Positions 48,731 through 64,000 of a stretch of DNA of 64,000 nucleotides are shown here, in pieces (position 1 is the stretch's first letter; each line of letters opens with the position of its first letter). The DNA is taken from assembly GCF_009914755.1 (NCBI RefSeq), contig NC_060939.1, one strand, 5' to 3'. The stretch comes from the human T2T-CHM13v2.0 reference genome, Homo sapiens. The position numbers were made by a program, and so were the translations under genes. The notes beneath the pieces are model-generated. The model worked only from the letters and a program-made list of their open reading frames with translations, did not search any database and was not told the DNA's origin.

Positions 48731-49727
48731 CTTGGGCAAAGTAAAACTTAATAAATGGTGGTCATTATTATTTGTCTTTCCAAAAGTATTAAACAAATTT
48801 AAAATAACTTTAGCTGTGTATAATATCAGTTTTTTTCATAGCCTTGTTATATACAGATATCAAAGTGACAGAGATTTAAAAAATGCTATTATATTGTTTG
48901 GTATACATGCCTTTGATTGCTAGAATTATTCTATACTTGGTAAGTTCTCTTTTTAAATCACATGTTGATGACCTTTGCTTATTTTGGATTCAAAGCTTTT
49001 TTAAATTTGATCTTTGCAACTTACATATATAATATTTTTGTAATAATTATCTAGATATCTTTTTAGTATAACTATGTGTTTGGTATATAATATGTGTACA
49101 TACACAAATATACTGTTTTGAGATCTAGGGCAATGTCATTTGCTTTTTTTTAATCATGTAAAATAACTTTCACAGCAACCTGCATATAATAGTTGCATAA
49201 AAATGTATTAAATATTAGATGATGTCACTCTCTTCTTTGAAGATTAAATGAAATCAGCTAGGTATAGCCAATGATTTTCTCCAAGGTTACAGAAATTTTC
49301 AAGAACCTGAGTTGTCACGCCAATTTCAGGTCACATGTTCCAACTCCTGCTAAATTCTAGATCTCATTGGTATATCCCCCACATGTTCATTCAACTTCTT
49401 CTACTTCACATAAACCGTTTTGGCGTTTTGCCAAAGTCACTTCTTTTTCCATTTAAGACATTCATGTTTGAAAGAGAGTTTGGTGAATTTTGGAAAATTT
49501 TTGAAAATTTTATATTGCAGTAACAATTTGCCATTGAGTATCAGAGTTCTCTGATGTAGCAAGACATCATGTTGCCATTATATCATTCTCTTGCGTGAGA
49601 AAGACATCTCTCCTGGAAGACTTCATTTCTCAATTCCTGTATTTTATTATTCAGAAAAGTAAGCTCAGGCTTACTTTCGCATATGAAATCTGAAGATGAT
49701 CCATTAATATATACAGTAAGTACCTAT

Positions 49728-49908
49728 TATATTTCATTAAATTTAAAATTCAATCAACTGTAAATTACACCATTATTTTATGTACTACTCAAAAGAAAAA
49801 AAATGCTGCTACATGAACTATGGTAACTCATTGACTGTAAGACATTTTCTAATTATAGAGGAATTAAAATGTAAAATAATGTGAAATTTAGAACTGGTGA
49901 AAGATGGC
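49728..49908. mobile_element. MER104-like Tc2/mariner fossil
   Basis: TATTTCATTAAATTTAA..CACCATTATTTTATGTACTAC..TTGACTGTAAGACA..TTAGAACTGGTGAAAGATGG; ~180 bp. Confidence 0.6.
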
Positions 49909-50506
49909 ATGCGTAGTATTCCGGTTCTTACCCTTCTACATCAGGAGAAAACTGATTGTTTTTAAACATCCAATCTTCTATTTTTTCCAGCTCTACCAAT
50001 TGTTTGTATGAGGAAGATAATGATACAGAAATTTATTTCATGTTGATTATAAAAAAAGAAAATGACCTAATCTTTCCATTCCTCTGCTGCTTTCTGACAT
50101 ATTTTACAACCATTCTTTCAGTGGTGAACCTTGAAATTACAATTGCATTTTTGACTTTATTAGAGTTAAAAAGAAGTAGAAATTTCCAATGTTAAGACCT
50201 TATAACACTTTAACATTTACTTCTACATGTTGTTATGGTTTCAATGAATTTCAACATTAGATGTATGTTTGAAATTCACACTTTATTTTGTATACATTGT
50301 TTTGTACAAAATTAATGCATTCAATTGTTTGTACTTTCTTTCTGAATTTCTGTGAATCCTTCTGGGATCATTTTCTTTCCACCTATAGATTCTCTTCACT
50401 CTTTCTTTCAATGTGTGAATGCTTCTGATAAATTCTTTCAGTTTTGTTTATCTGGTAAAGTATTTATTTTGCACTCTGATTTTAGTTTTATTTTATTTTT
50501 GACAAT

Positions 50507-52822
50507 TGTATCAGTTCCTTCTCACACTGCTAATAAAGACATACCCAAGACTGAGTAACTTATAAAGGAAAGAGGTTTAATTGACTCATATTTCCACAGG
50601 GCTGGGGAAGCCTCATAATCATGGCAGAAGGCAAAGGAGAAGCAAGGGCATGTCTTACATGACATCAGGCAAGAGAGCATGTGCAGTGGAATGCACCTTC
50701 ATAAAAGCATCAGATCTCATGAGACTTATTCACTATTAGGAGAATGGCATGGGAAAAACCCACTACCATAATACAATTACCTTCCACTGGGTCCCTCCCA
50801 TGACATGTGGGGATTATTACACTTCAAGGTGAGATTTGGATGGGGACACAGAGCCAAATCATTTTGCCCCTGGCCCCTCCCAAATCTCATGTCCTCACAT
50901 TTCAAAACCAATCCTGCCTTCCAACAGTCCCCCAAAGTCTTAACTAATTCCAGCATTAATCCAAAAGTCTAAGGCCAAATCTCATCTGAGACAAGGCAAG
51001 TCCCTTCCACCTATGAGCCTGTAAAATCAAAAGCAAGTTAGTTACTTCCTAGACACAATGCAGGCACAGGCATTTGGTAAATACACCTGTTCTAAACTGG
51101 AGAAATTGGCCCAAACAAAGGGGGTATAGGCTCCATGCAAGTCTGCAATCCAGCAGGGCAGTCAAATATTAAAGCTCCAAAATCATGTCCTTTGATACCA
51201 TGTCTCACATCCAGGTCACAGTTAAGCAAGAGGTGGGTTCCCATGGTCTTGGGCAGCTCCACCCCTGTGACTTTGCAGGGTACAGCCTCCCTCAAGGCTG
51301 CCTCAGGGGCTGGTGTTGAGCTTTCCCAGGTACACAGTGCAAGCTATTCGTAGATCTATCATTCTGGGGTCTGGAGGACTGTGGCCCTCTTCTCACAGCT
51401 CCACTAGGCAGTGCCCCAGTGGGGAATCTGTGTTTGGGTTCATACCTCACATTTTCCTTCCACACTGCCCAAGCAGGGGTTCTACATGAAGGCTCCACCC
51501 CTCCAGCACACCTCTGCCTGGACATCCTGACATTTTCATACATCCTCTGAAATCTAGGCAGAGGTTCTAAAAACTCAGTTCTTGACTTTGATGCACCTGA
51601 CAGCCCAACGCCACATGTAAGCCACCACGTCTTGAGGCTTGTACCCTCTGAAGCAACAGCCTAAGCTCTATGTTGGTCCCTTTTAGCCACGGCTGGGACA
51701 CAGGGCACCAACTCCTGAGACTGCACAAAGCAGCAAGGCCCTAGGCCTGGTCCATGAAACCATTTTTTCCTCCTAGGCTTCTGGACCTGTGATGGGAGGG
51801 GCTGCTGTGAAGACTTCTGTCATACCCTAGAGACATCTTCCCCACTGTCTTGGTGATTAACATTTCGCTTCTTATTACTTATGCAAATTTCTGCAGCCAG
51901 CTTGATTTTCTCCTTAGAAAATGAGATTTTCTTTTCTATCACATAATCAGGCTGCAAATTTTCCAAATTTTTATGCTCTGCTTCTCTTTTAAACATAAGT
52001 TCCAATTTCAAACCATATCTTTCTGAATGCATAAAATGAAATTATTTTAAGAGCATCCAAGTCACCTCTTGAATACTTTGCTACTTAGAAATTCCTTCTG
52101 CCAGATACCCGAAATCACCTCTCTTAAGTTCAAAGTTCCACAAATCTCAAAGGAAGGGGCAAAATGCTGCCAGTCTCTTTGCTAACACATAGCAACAGTC
52201 ACTTTTGTTCTAGTTCCCAACAAGTTCCTCATCTTCATCTGAGACCACCTCAGCCTGGACTTTATTGTCTATATCACTATCAGCATTTTGGTCAAAGCCA
52301 TTCAACAAGTCTCTAGGAAGTTCCACACTTGCCCACATCTTCCTGTCTTTTTCTGAGCCCATCAAACTGTTCCAACCTCTGCCTGTTACCCAGTTCCAAA
52401 GTTGCTTTCACATTTTTAGGTGTCTTTACAGCAGCACCCCACCCTACCAGTACCACTTTACTGTATTAGTTTGTTCTCATGCTGCAAATAAAGACATACC
52501 TGAGAGTGGCTAATTTATAAAGGAAAGAGGTTTAATTGACTCACAGTTCCACATGGCTGGGGAGGCCTCACAATCCTGGCAGAAGGCAAAGGGAGGAGCA
52601 AAGTCACTTCTTACATGGTGGTAGGCAAGGGAGCATCTTCAGGGGAATGCCCCTTTATAAAACTATCAGATCTCATGAGACTTATTCACTATTAGGAGAA
52701 CAGCATGGGAAAAACCCACCCACATGATTCAATTACCTCCCATCAGGTCCCTGCCATGCCATGTGGGGGTTATTATACTTCAAGGTGAGATTTGGGTAGA
52801 GACCCAAAGCCAAACCATAACA
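50507..52822 (-). mobile_element. Full MaLR element, THE1B/C-like (3' LTR 50507-50861, internal 50862-52461, 5' LTR 52462-52822)
   Basis: Two LTRs around THE1 internal sequence; TSD ACAAT (50502) / ATAAT (52823). Confidence 0.95.
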
Positions 52823-52830
52823 ATAATTAC

Positions 52831-53198
52831 TTACATGGTTTGGCTCTGTGCTCCTACCCAAATCTCATCTCTAATTATAATTCCCACATGTCAGAAGAGG
52901 GGCCTGGTGGGAGGTGAGTGAATCATAGGGGTGGACTTCCCCCTTGCTATTCTCGTTATAGTGACTTCTCATGAGCTCTGATGGTTTAAAAGTGTGCAGC
53001 AGCTCCCCACCCCACCTCCTGTTCTGCCATGACAAGATGTGCCTTCTTCTGCTTCAGCCATTATTATAAGTTTCCTGAGGCCTCCCAGTCATGCTTCCTG
53101 TTAAACCTGTGGAACTGTGAGTCAATTACAACTCCTTTTTTCATAAATTACCCAGTCTCACGTAGTTCCTTATAGCAGTGTGAGAAAGGACTAATACA
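52831..53198 (+). mobile_element. MaLR solo LTR (THE1D/MSTA-like)
   Basis: TTACATGGTTTGGCTCTGTG..GGACTAATACA; perfect TSD ATTAC (52826, 53199). Confidence 0.92.
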
Positions 53199-54359
53199 AT
53201 TACATATATTTGTTAAAGGATATTTTTGCTAGATAAAGTTTTCCTGTAGAGGTTTTGTTCAGCATTTAAAAAAATGTCATTTTATGGACTTCCCAGTTGA
53301 ACCAAAATGGACTACCTGGAAGTAAACAGTAAACAAATGAGAAGAGACCTAACTTCTATATGAGAGTTCTAGGCAACAAGGGGGAACCCAACCAAAGACT
53401 AGCAGAACTGAATTGTAGAAATGGAGCTGAGAGACCAGGGCGACCAAGTCAGGGAGAGTGCTCAGAACAAAGTACCAGAGTGGACAAATCTGCACAAAGA
53501 GAGAACTCTGTAGATATGAGGAGGGTCTCCCTCAAGTATTCAGCCAAATAATTGTTATCATATATGTGTGGGGAAACTATCTGAGCCCAGAGAAAGAGCC
53601 ATCTGACAGAATTAGCAGTAACGGTGTCTGGTACTCACACAGGCCCAGGAATAGTGCCTGTTGTCACCAGCCAGATGGAAAAATCTCATAATTAATATAG
53701 CATTAAATAAAATACGGAGAAAAGCCTTGACTAAGTATGGGGGATAACTAGCTCTAGACTAAATGCTATTTGGGTCCCACCTAACAAATCTTAAAAGCAA
53801 GGCTTAAAAGGATCAAACCGTTTCCAAGTGATTTAACTATGTACTAGAACAAAGCTCATAAATATTTATAGGAATACAAAAATATCCTGATGTAACAAGG
53901 TACAATTCACAATGTCTGGCATCCAACTGAAGACTGCTAGGCATCCAAAAAAACAAGATAATATAACTCATAATAAGGAGGAAAATCAACTAATCAAAAC
54001 AGAGCTAGATTTCATACAGATGTTAGAATCTGCAGACAAGGGGATTAAAACAGTTATAATTATGTTCCAGATATTCCAAAGGTTAAGTAAAGAAACAAAA
54101 AAAAAGCCAAAAACTCAAATTGGATTACAGACATACATATAAGAGCTAAAAACTATAAAATTCTTAGAAGAAAATAAGGCATAAATCTTTATGACCTTAC
54201 TAAGGCAAAGATTTCCAATACAGGACACCAAAAGCAGAACCGATTAAAAAAAATGATAAATAGGTCTTTATCAAAATTCAAAACTTTGGTACTTTGGTAC
54301 TTCAAAAGACACTCTCATACAAGTGAAAAAGTAAGCCAAAGATTTGTGGAAAAGATTTC

Positions 54360-57300
54360 TTTTTTTTATTTTTATTATACTTAAGTTCTAGGGTACATTT
54401 GCACAATGTGCAGGTTTGTTACATATGTATACATGTACCATGCTCGTGTGCTGCACCCATTAACTCGTCATTTCATTAGGTATATCTCCCAGTGCTATCC
54501 CTCCCCACTCCCCCCACCCCATGACAGGCCCTGGTGTGTGATGTTCCCCACCCTGTGTCCAAATGTTCTCATTGTTCAATTCCCACCTATGAGTGACAAC
54601 ATGCAGTATTTGGTTTTCTGTCCTTGCGAAAGTTTGCTGAGGATGATGGTTTCCAGCTTCATCCATGTCCCTACAAAGGACATGAACTCATCCTTTTTTA
54701 TGGCTGCATAGTATTCCATGGTGTATATGTGCCACATATTCTTAATCCAGTCTATCATTTTTGGACATTTGGGTTGGTTCCAAGTCTTTGCTATTGTGAA
54801 TAGTGCTGCAATAAACATACGTGTGCATGTGTCTTTATAGCAGCATGATTTATAATCCCTTGGGTATATACCCAGTAATGGGATGGCAGGGACAAATGGT
54901 AATTCTAGTTCTAGATCCTTGAGGAATCACCACTCTCTCTTCCACAATGGGTGAACTAGTTTACAGTCCCACCAACAGTGTAAAAGTGTTCCTATTTCTC
55001 CACATCCTCTCCAGCACCTGTTGTTTCCTGACTTTTTAATGACTGCCACTCTAACTGGTGTGAGAGGGTATCTCACTGTGGTTTTGATTTGCATTTCTCT
55101 GATGGCCAGTGATGATGAGAATTTTTCAGGTGTCTGTTGGCTGCATAAATGTCTTCTTTTGAGAAGTGTCTGTTCATATCCTTCGCCCACTTTTTGATGG
55201 GGTTGTTTTTTTCTTGTAAGTTTGTTTGAGCTCTTTGTAGATTCTGGATATTAGCCCTTTGTCAGATGAGTAAATTGCAAAAATTTCTCCCATTCTGTAG
55301 GTTGCCTGTTCACTCTGATGATAGTTTCTTTTGCTGTGCAGAAGCTCTTTAGTTTAATTAGATCCCATTTGTCAATTTTGGCTTTTGTTGCCACTGCTTT
55401 TGGTGTTTTAGACATGAAGTCCTTGCCCATGCCTATGTACTGAATGGTAAAGCCTAGGTTTTCTTCTAGGGTTTTTATGGTTTTAGGTCTAACATTTAAG
55501 TCTTTAATCCACCTTGAATTAATTTTTGTATAAGGTGTAAGGAAGGGATCCAGTTTCAGCTTTCTACGTATGGCTAGCCAGTTTTCCCAGCACCATTTAT
55601 TAAATAGGGAATACTTTCCGCATTGCTTGTTTTTGTCAGGTTTGTCAAAGGTCAGATGGTTGTAGATGTGTGGTGTTATTTCTGAGGCCTCTGTTCTGTT
55701 CCATTGGTCTATATCTCTGTTTTGGTACCAGGACCATGCTGTTTTGGTTACTGTAGGCTTGTAGAATAGTTTGAAGTCAGGTAGCATGATGCCTCCAGCT
55801 TTGTTCTTTTTGCTTAGGATTCTCTTGGCAATGTGGGCTCTTTTTTGGTTCCATATGAACGTTAAAGTAGTTTTTTCCAATTCTGTGAAGAAAGTCATTG
55901 GTAGCTTGATGGGGATGGCATTGAATCTATAAATTACCTTTGGCAGTACGGCCATTTTCACAATATTGATTCTTCCTATCCATGAGCATGAAATGTCCTT
56001 CCATTTGTTCGCGTCAGTTTCAAAGAATATCTTTATTTCTGCCTTCATTTCGTTATGTACCCAGTAGTCATTCAGGAGCAATTTGTTCAGTTTCCATGTA
56101 GTTGAACAGTTTTGAGTGAGTTTCTTAATCCTGAGTTCTAGTTTGATTGCACTGTGGTCTGAGAGACAGTTTGTTATAATTTCTGTTCTTTTACATTTGC
56201 TGGGGAGTGCTTTACTTCCAACTATGTGGTCAAATTTGGAATAAGTGTGATGTGGTGCTGAGAAGAATGTATATTCTGTTGATTTGGGGTGGAGAGTTCT
56301 GTAGATGCCTATTAGGTCCGCTTGGTGCAGAGCTGAGTTCAATTCCTGGATATCCTTGTTAACTTTCTGTCTCATTGATCTGTCTAATGTTGACAGTGGA
56401 GTGTTAAAGTCTCCCATTATTATTGTGTGGGAGTCTAAGTCTCTTTTTAGGTCTCTAAGGACTTGCTTTATGAATCTGGGTGCTCCTGTATTGGGTGCAT
56501 ATATATTTAGGATAGTTAGCTCTTCTTGTTGAATTGATCCCTTTACCATTATGTAATGGCCTTCTTTGTCTCTTTTGATCTTTGTTGGTTTAAAGTCTGT
56601 TTTATCAGAGACTAGGATTGCAACCCCTGCCTTTTTTTGTTTTCCATTTGCTTGGTAGATCTTCCTCCATCACTTTATTTTGAGCCTATGTGTGTCTCTG
56701 CATGTGAGATGGGTTTCCTGAATACAGCACACTGATGGGTCTTGACTCTTTATCCAATTTGCCAGTCTGTGTCTTTTAATTGCAGCATTTAGCCTATTTA
56801 CATTTAAGTTTAATATTTTTATGTGAGAATTTGATCCTGTCATGATGATGTTAGCTGGTTATTTTGCTCGTTAGGTGATGCAGTTTCTTCCTAGTCTCAA
56901 TGGTCTTTACATTTTGGCATGTTTTTCAGTGGCTGGTACCGGTTTTTCCTTTCCATGTTTAGTGCTTCCTTCAGGAGCTCTTGTAGGGCAGGCCTGGTGG
57001 TGACAAAATCTCTCAGCATTTGCTTGTCTCTAAAGGATTTTATTTCTTCTTCGCTTATGAAGCTTAGTTTGGCTGGATATGAAATTCTGGGTTGAAAATT
57101 CTTTTCTTTAAGAATGTTGAATATTGGCCCCCACTCTCTTCTGGCTTGTAGAGTTTCTGCCAAGAGATCTGCTGTTAGTCTGATGAGCTTCCATTTGTGG
57201 GTGACCCCACCTTTCTCTCTGGCTGCCCTTAACATTTTTTCCTGCATTTCAACCTTGGTGAATCTGACAATTATGTGTCTTGGAGTTGCTCTTCTCGAGG

Positions 57301-58931
57301 AGTATCTTTGTGGCATTTTCTGTATTTCCTGAATTTGAATGTTGGCCTGCCTTGCTAGGTTGGGAAAGTTCTGGATAATATCCTGCAGAGTGTTTTCCAA
57401 CTTGGTTCCATTCTCCCTGTCACTTTCGGGTACACCAATCAGACATAGATTTGGTCTTTTCACATAGTCCCGTATTTCTTGGAGGTTTTGTTCGTTTCTT
57501 TTTACTCTTTTTTCTTTAAACATCCCTTCTTGCTTCATTTCATTCATTTGATCTTCAATCACTGATACCCCTTCTTCCAGTTGATCGAATTGGTTATTGA
57601 AGCTTGTGCATTCGTCATGTAGTTCTCGTGCCATGGTTTTCAGCTCTGTCAGGTCATTTAATGACTTCTCTACACTGTTATTCTAGTTAGTCATTCATCT
57701 ATTCTTTTTTCAAGGTTTTTAGCTTCTTTGTGTTGGGTTCAAACTTCCTCCTTTAGCTCAGCAAAGTTTGAGTTTCTGAACTCTTCTTCTCTCAACTTGT
57801 CAAAGTCATGGTCCGTCCAGCTTTGTTCCATTGCGGGCAAGGAGCTGTGTTGCTTTGGAGGGGGAGAGGCGCTCTGATTTTTAGAATTTTCAGCTTTTCT
57901 GCTCTGTTTTTTCCCCATCTTTGTGGTTTTATCTACCTTTGGTCTTTGATGATGGTGATGTACAGATGTGGTTTTGGTGTGGATGTCCTTTCTGTTTGTT
58001 AGTTTTCCTTCTAACAGTCAGGCTCTCAGCTGCAGGTCTGTTGGAGTTTGCTGGAGGTCCACTCCAGATCCTGTTTGCCTGGGTTTCAGCAGCGGAGGCC
58101 ATAGAACAGTGAATATTGCTGAACAGCAAATGTTGCTGCCTGATCGTTCCTCTGGAAGCTTCATCTCAGAGGGGTACACAGCCGTGTGAGGTGTCAGTCT
58201 GCCCCTACTGGGGGGTGCCTCCCAGTTAGGCTACTCGGGTGTCAGGGACCCACTTGAGGAGGCAGTCTGTCTGTTCTCAGATCTCAAACTCTGTGCTGGG
58301 AGAACCACTACTCTCTTCAAAACTGTCAGACAAGGACATTTACATCTACAGAGGTTTCTCCTGCCTTTTGTTCGGCTATGCCCTGCCCCTAGAGGTGGAG
58401 TCTACAGAGGCAGGCAGGCCTCCTTGAGCTGTGGTGGGCTCCATCCAGTTCGAGCTTCCCGGCCACTTTGTTTACCTACTCAAGCCTCAACAATGGTGGG
58501 CACCCCTCCCCCAGCCTCACTGCCACCTTGCAGTTCGATCTCAGACTGCTGTGCTAGTAATGAGTGAGGCTCTGTGGCTGTGGTACCCTCCGAGCCAGGT
58601 GCGGGATATAATCTCCTGGTGTGCCATTTCCTAAGACCCTTGAAAAAGTGTAGTATTAGGGTGGGAGTGACCTGATTTTCCAGGTGCTGTGTGTCACAGC
58701 TTCCCTTGGCTAGGAAAAGGAATTCCCTGACCCCTTTCACTTCCCAGGTGAGGCGATGCCTCGCCCTGCTTCGGCTCTTGCTCTGTGGGCTGCACCCACT
58801 GTCCGACACACCCCAGAGAGATGAACCCGGTACCTAAGTTGGAAATGCAGAAATCACCCGTCTTCTGCGCTGCTCATGCTGGGAGCTGTAGACTGGAGCT
58901 GTTCATATTTGGCCATCTTGGAACCACCCCC
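54360..58931 (-). mobile_element. LINE-1, L1PA5-like (PA4-PA6), intact ends, ~1.55-kb internal deletion
   Basis: 5' end GGGGGTGGTTCCAAGATGGCC. ORF1 ATG 57918; ORF2 ATG 56843 with TGA at 56670-56672. Deletion junction at 56004-56009. TSD AAAAGATTTC (54350) / AAAATATTTC (58932). Confidence 0.96.
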
Positions 58932-59013
58932 AAAATATTTCAATTTATATATCTGATAAGAATCTTGTATCCAGAATATACAAAGATCTGTTACAACTTA
59001 AAATAATAAAAAG

Positions 59014-60569
59014 ATTCTTATGGAACCACAAAAGGCCAAGAATAGCCAAAGTAGCCTTAAGCAAAAAGAACAAAACAGAAGGCATCACATTACCTGGCTT
59101 TAAAATATACTACAAAGCCACAGTAATCAAAATAGTATGGTATTGGCATAAAAAATACATAAGCTAATGGAACAGAATAGAGAACCTAGAAATAAATCTA
59201 TGCATCTACAAGCAACTCATGTTTGACAAAGATGCCAACAACTTACATTGGGGAAAGGAGATGTTCAATAAATGTGCTAAGAAAACTGGATATTCATATG
59301 CAGAAGAATGAAATGAGATCCCTACCTCTCACCATATACAAAAAGCAAATAAAAACGGATTGACGGCTTGGATTTAAAACCTGATACTAAAATAATTAGA
59401 AGAAAACAAGGGGAAAATGCTTTAGAACATTGTCCTGGGCAAAGATTTCTTGAGTAAGACCTTAAAAGTACAGGCAACCCAAGCAAACATGGACACATGG
59501 GATTAAATCAAGCTAAAAAGCTTTTGCATGACAAAGGAAGCAGTCGATGAAGGCACAACCTACAGCATGGGATAAAATATTTTAAAACTATTCATCTGAC
59601 AAGGGATTAATAATCAGAATATGTAAGAAACTCAATAGCAAAAAAAATAATTTTATTTAAAATGGGCAATAGATCTGAATAAACATTTCTCAAAAGACAC
59701 AAATGGCCAAGAGATATGTGAAAAATTTTCAACATTACTAATCATCAGCAAAATGCAAATAAAAGTCATAATAATATACCATCTCACCCCAGTTAAAATG
59801 GCTATTACAAAATACATAGAAAATAATAAATGCTAGAGAGGATGCAGAGAAAGGGGAATGCTTGTACACTGCTGGTGGGAATATAAATAGAACATTGACT
59901 ATGGAAAACAGTATAGACTTTCCTCAAAAAACTAAAAATAGAACTATCATATGATCCAGCAAACCCACTGCTGGGTATACATCCAAAGGAAAGGAAACTG
60001 GCATATCAAAATGATAGCTGCACTCCCATGTTTATTGCAGCATCATTCACAATACCCAAGATATGGAATCAAACTAAGTGTCCATCAAAGAATGAATGGA
60101 TAAAGAAAATGTGGTACACAATGTGGTATACAAAATGAAATATTACTCAACCATAAAATGAAAACTTCTGTCTTCAAAGCAACATGGATAGAATTGGAGG
60201 ACGTTAAGTTAAATAAACCAGGCAGAGAAAGACAAATATTGCATGTTCTCACATATATGTCAGAGCTAAAAAAAATTGATCTCATAGAAGTAATAAATGT
60301 ATTAGTGGTTAACAGAGGCTGTGAACAGAAGGAATAATATCTAGTGTTGATAGCACAATAGAGTGACAATAGTTAATAATATATTGTATATTTCAAAATA
60401 GCTAGAAGAAAATATTTGAAATATTCCTTGCACAAATGGTGAATCTTTGAGGTAATGGCTGTCACAATTATCCAGATTTGATCATTACACATTGTATGTC
60501 TGTATCACAATATTCTATGTATCCCCTAAATATGTAGAATGACTATGCATCCATAAAATTTAAAATAAA
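59014..60569 (+). mobile_element. 5'-truncated L1MA4-6-like element
   Basis: ORF2 3' part starting at ATGGAACCACAAAAGG; 3'UTR GATTTGATCATTACACATTGTATG..CCATAAAATTTAAAATAAA. Confidence 0.85.
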
Positions 60570-61775
60570 CACCCACAATAATGACAAAAATTTAAATGCG
60601 ACAATTAAAAGTGAGTAAAAGATTTGAATAGATATTTCACCAAAGAAGATATACATAAGGTTAATAAGCACATAAAAATGTTCAACATCATTACTCATTA
60701 AGGAAAGGAAAGTTAAAATCATAATGAGATACAACTTCACACTCACAAGAATGGCTATAATTAAAAAAAAAGGAATAACAAGTATTGATGAGTGTGTAGA
60801 GAAACTAGAAGCCATGTACATTGCTCCTGGGAAGATAGAACAGTGCAACCACTTCGAAAAATAATTTGAGAGTTTCTTAAATGTTAAGCATAGGATTACC
60901 TTATAATCCAACTCCACTCCTAGATGTCTAACCAAGAGAAATAAAACATGCCTACATAAACACTTGTACTAAAAATGACTGACTTATACACTTAAAACAG
61001 ATAAATTTTACTGTGTATAAATGATACCTTAATAAAGTTGTTTTTTAAAAAATAAGCAGAGACATGGAAAATATTAAAAAACCCAAATATACTAAATGTA
61101 ATTAAGGGCAGATTAGATATCACAGACAAAATGATTAGTGGACTGGAAGACATAGCAATACATACGATAAATAATGAATTAAAGAGAAGAGAATGAATTT
61201 TGAAAATTAGGATAATATCAATGAGCTATGAGACAACTTAAAACAATTTTCTGTATGTGTAATTAGAGTTCCCAAAAGAGAAATGTGATGTGTGTTGGGG
61301 GAGGGAGGAACAGAAAAAAAAATTTAATAACAGATGAAAATTTCCCAAACTTAAAGAAAATTATAAACCTACAGTTTCAAAAATGAATCTCAAACACAAG
61401 AATCATGAAGAAAACCACACCAAGACATAACATAATAAAATTGTTCAAAACTAGCGATAAAGAGAAAACTTTAAAGCAGCCAGAGGGAAAAAAGTCACCT
61501 CACATAGAGAACAAAATAAGAATGACAATATCCATTTTTCATCAAGAAACAATGTAAGAGAAGACAGTCCTTAAAAATTCTATAACTAGCAAAAACATTT
61601 TTCAAAACAAACATAAATAAAGACTTTTTCAGATATGCACGAATCAAATCACCACCAACAGACCCACCTTATAAATGAAGTTCTCCAGAGAGAGGAAAAT
61701 GAAATAAGGTGAATATATGGATCTATACAAGGAATAAAGAACATCTAAAATGACAACCAAAAGGGTAAATATATC

Positions 61776-64000
<2,225 letters not shown>

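Larger units (their letters stand above)
54105..61052 (+). mobile_element. L1MB/MC-like 3' fragment (pieces 54105-54359, 58932-59013, 60570-61052)
   Basis: Collinear ORF2 3' sequence continues across two insertions and ends CCTTAATAAAGTTG. Confidence 0.7.
53287..61775 (+). mobile_element. Old L1M 5' end and ORF1 (pieces 53287-~54100 and ~61053-61775), split by nested insertions
   Basis: CACAATGTCTGGCATCCAA..CAGATGTTAGAATCTGCAGACAAGG..GGTTAAGTAAAGA, resuming as TAAGCAGAGACATGGAAAAT..AAAACCACACCAAGACAT..AAAGCAGCCAGAGG (ORF1-like). Confidence 0.6.

Noticed and set aside
49655-49721. Possible 61-nt exon with an ACA|GTAAGT donor and an 8-bp hairpin AAGTAAGC/GCTTACTT
   Set aside because: Isolated and abuts a MER104-like element; not supportable without junction reads.

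Overview
AT-rich primate DNA, probably an African great ape or human (it carries an AluY and an L1PA2/3-like element lacking the ~129-bp 5'UTR segment). It looks intergenic or deep-intronic and is dominated by transposable elements. I find no supportable cellular protein-coding gene or RNA gene; the long ORFs in the track are L1 ORF1/ORF2 or MaLR/Alu remnants. Main contents: four young L1PA copies (1-3794 +; full-length 16383-22442 +; internally deleted 54360-58931 -; 5'-truncated 61776-end +), several old L1PB/L1M fragments including a nested stack at 53.3-64 kb, two full THE1 MaLR elements, two solo LTRs, about ten Alu or Alu-monomer copies, and MIR, L2 and MER fossils. I did not find a new biological system. 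The unusual signals are rearrangement footprints: (1) a ~260-bp GC-rich fragment with a 220-bp period (gamma-satellite-like) captured inside an L1; (2) an Alu arm plus unique flank copied ~11.3 kb into the linker of another Alu; (3) non-consensus substitutions shared by L1 copies of different ages; (4) an in-frame deletion of the RT domain from an L1; (5) a 19-nt 3' transduction; (6) a tiny twin-primed L1; (7) back-to-back LTRs with overlapping TSDs. Subfamily names come from remembered consensus diagnostics, not from an alignment.
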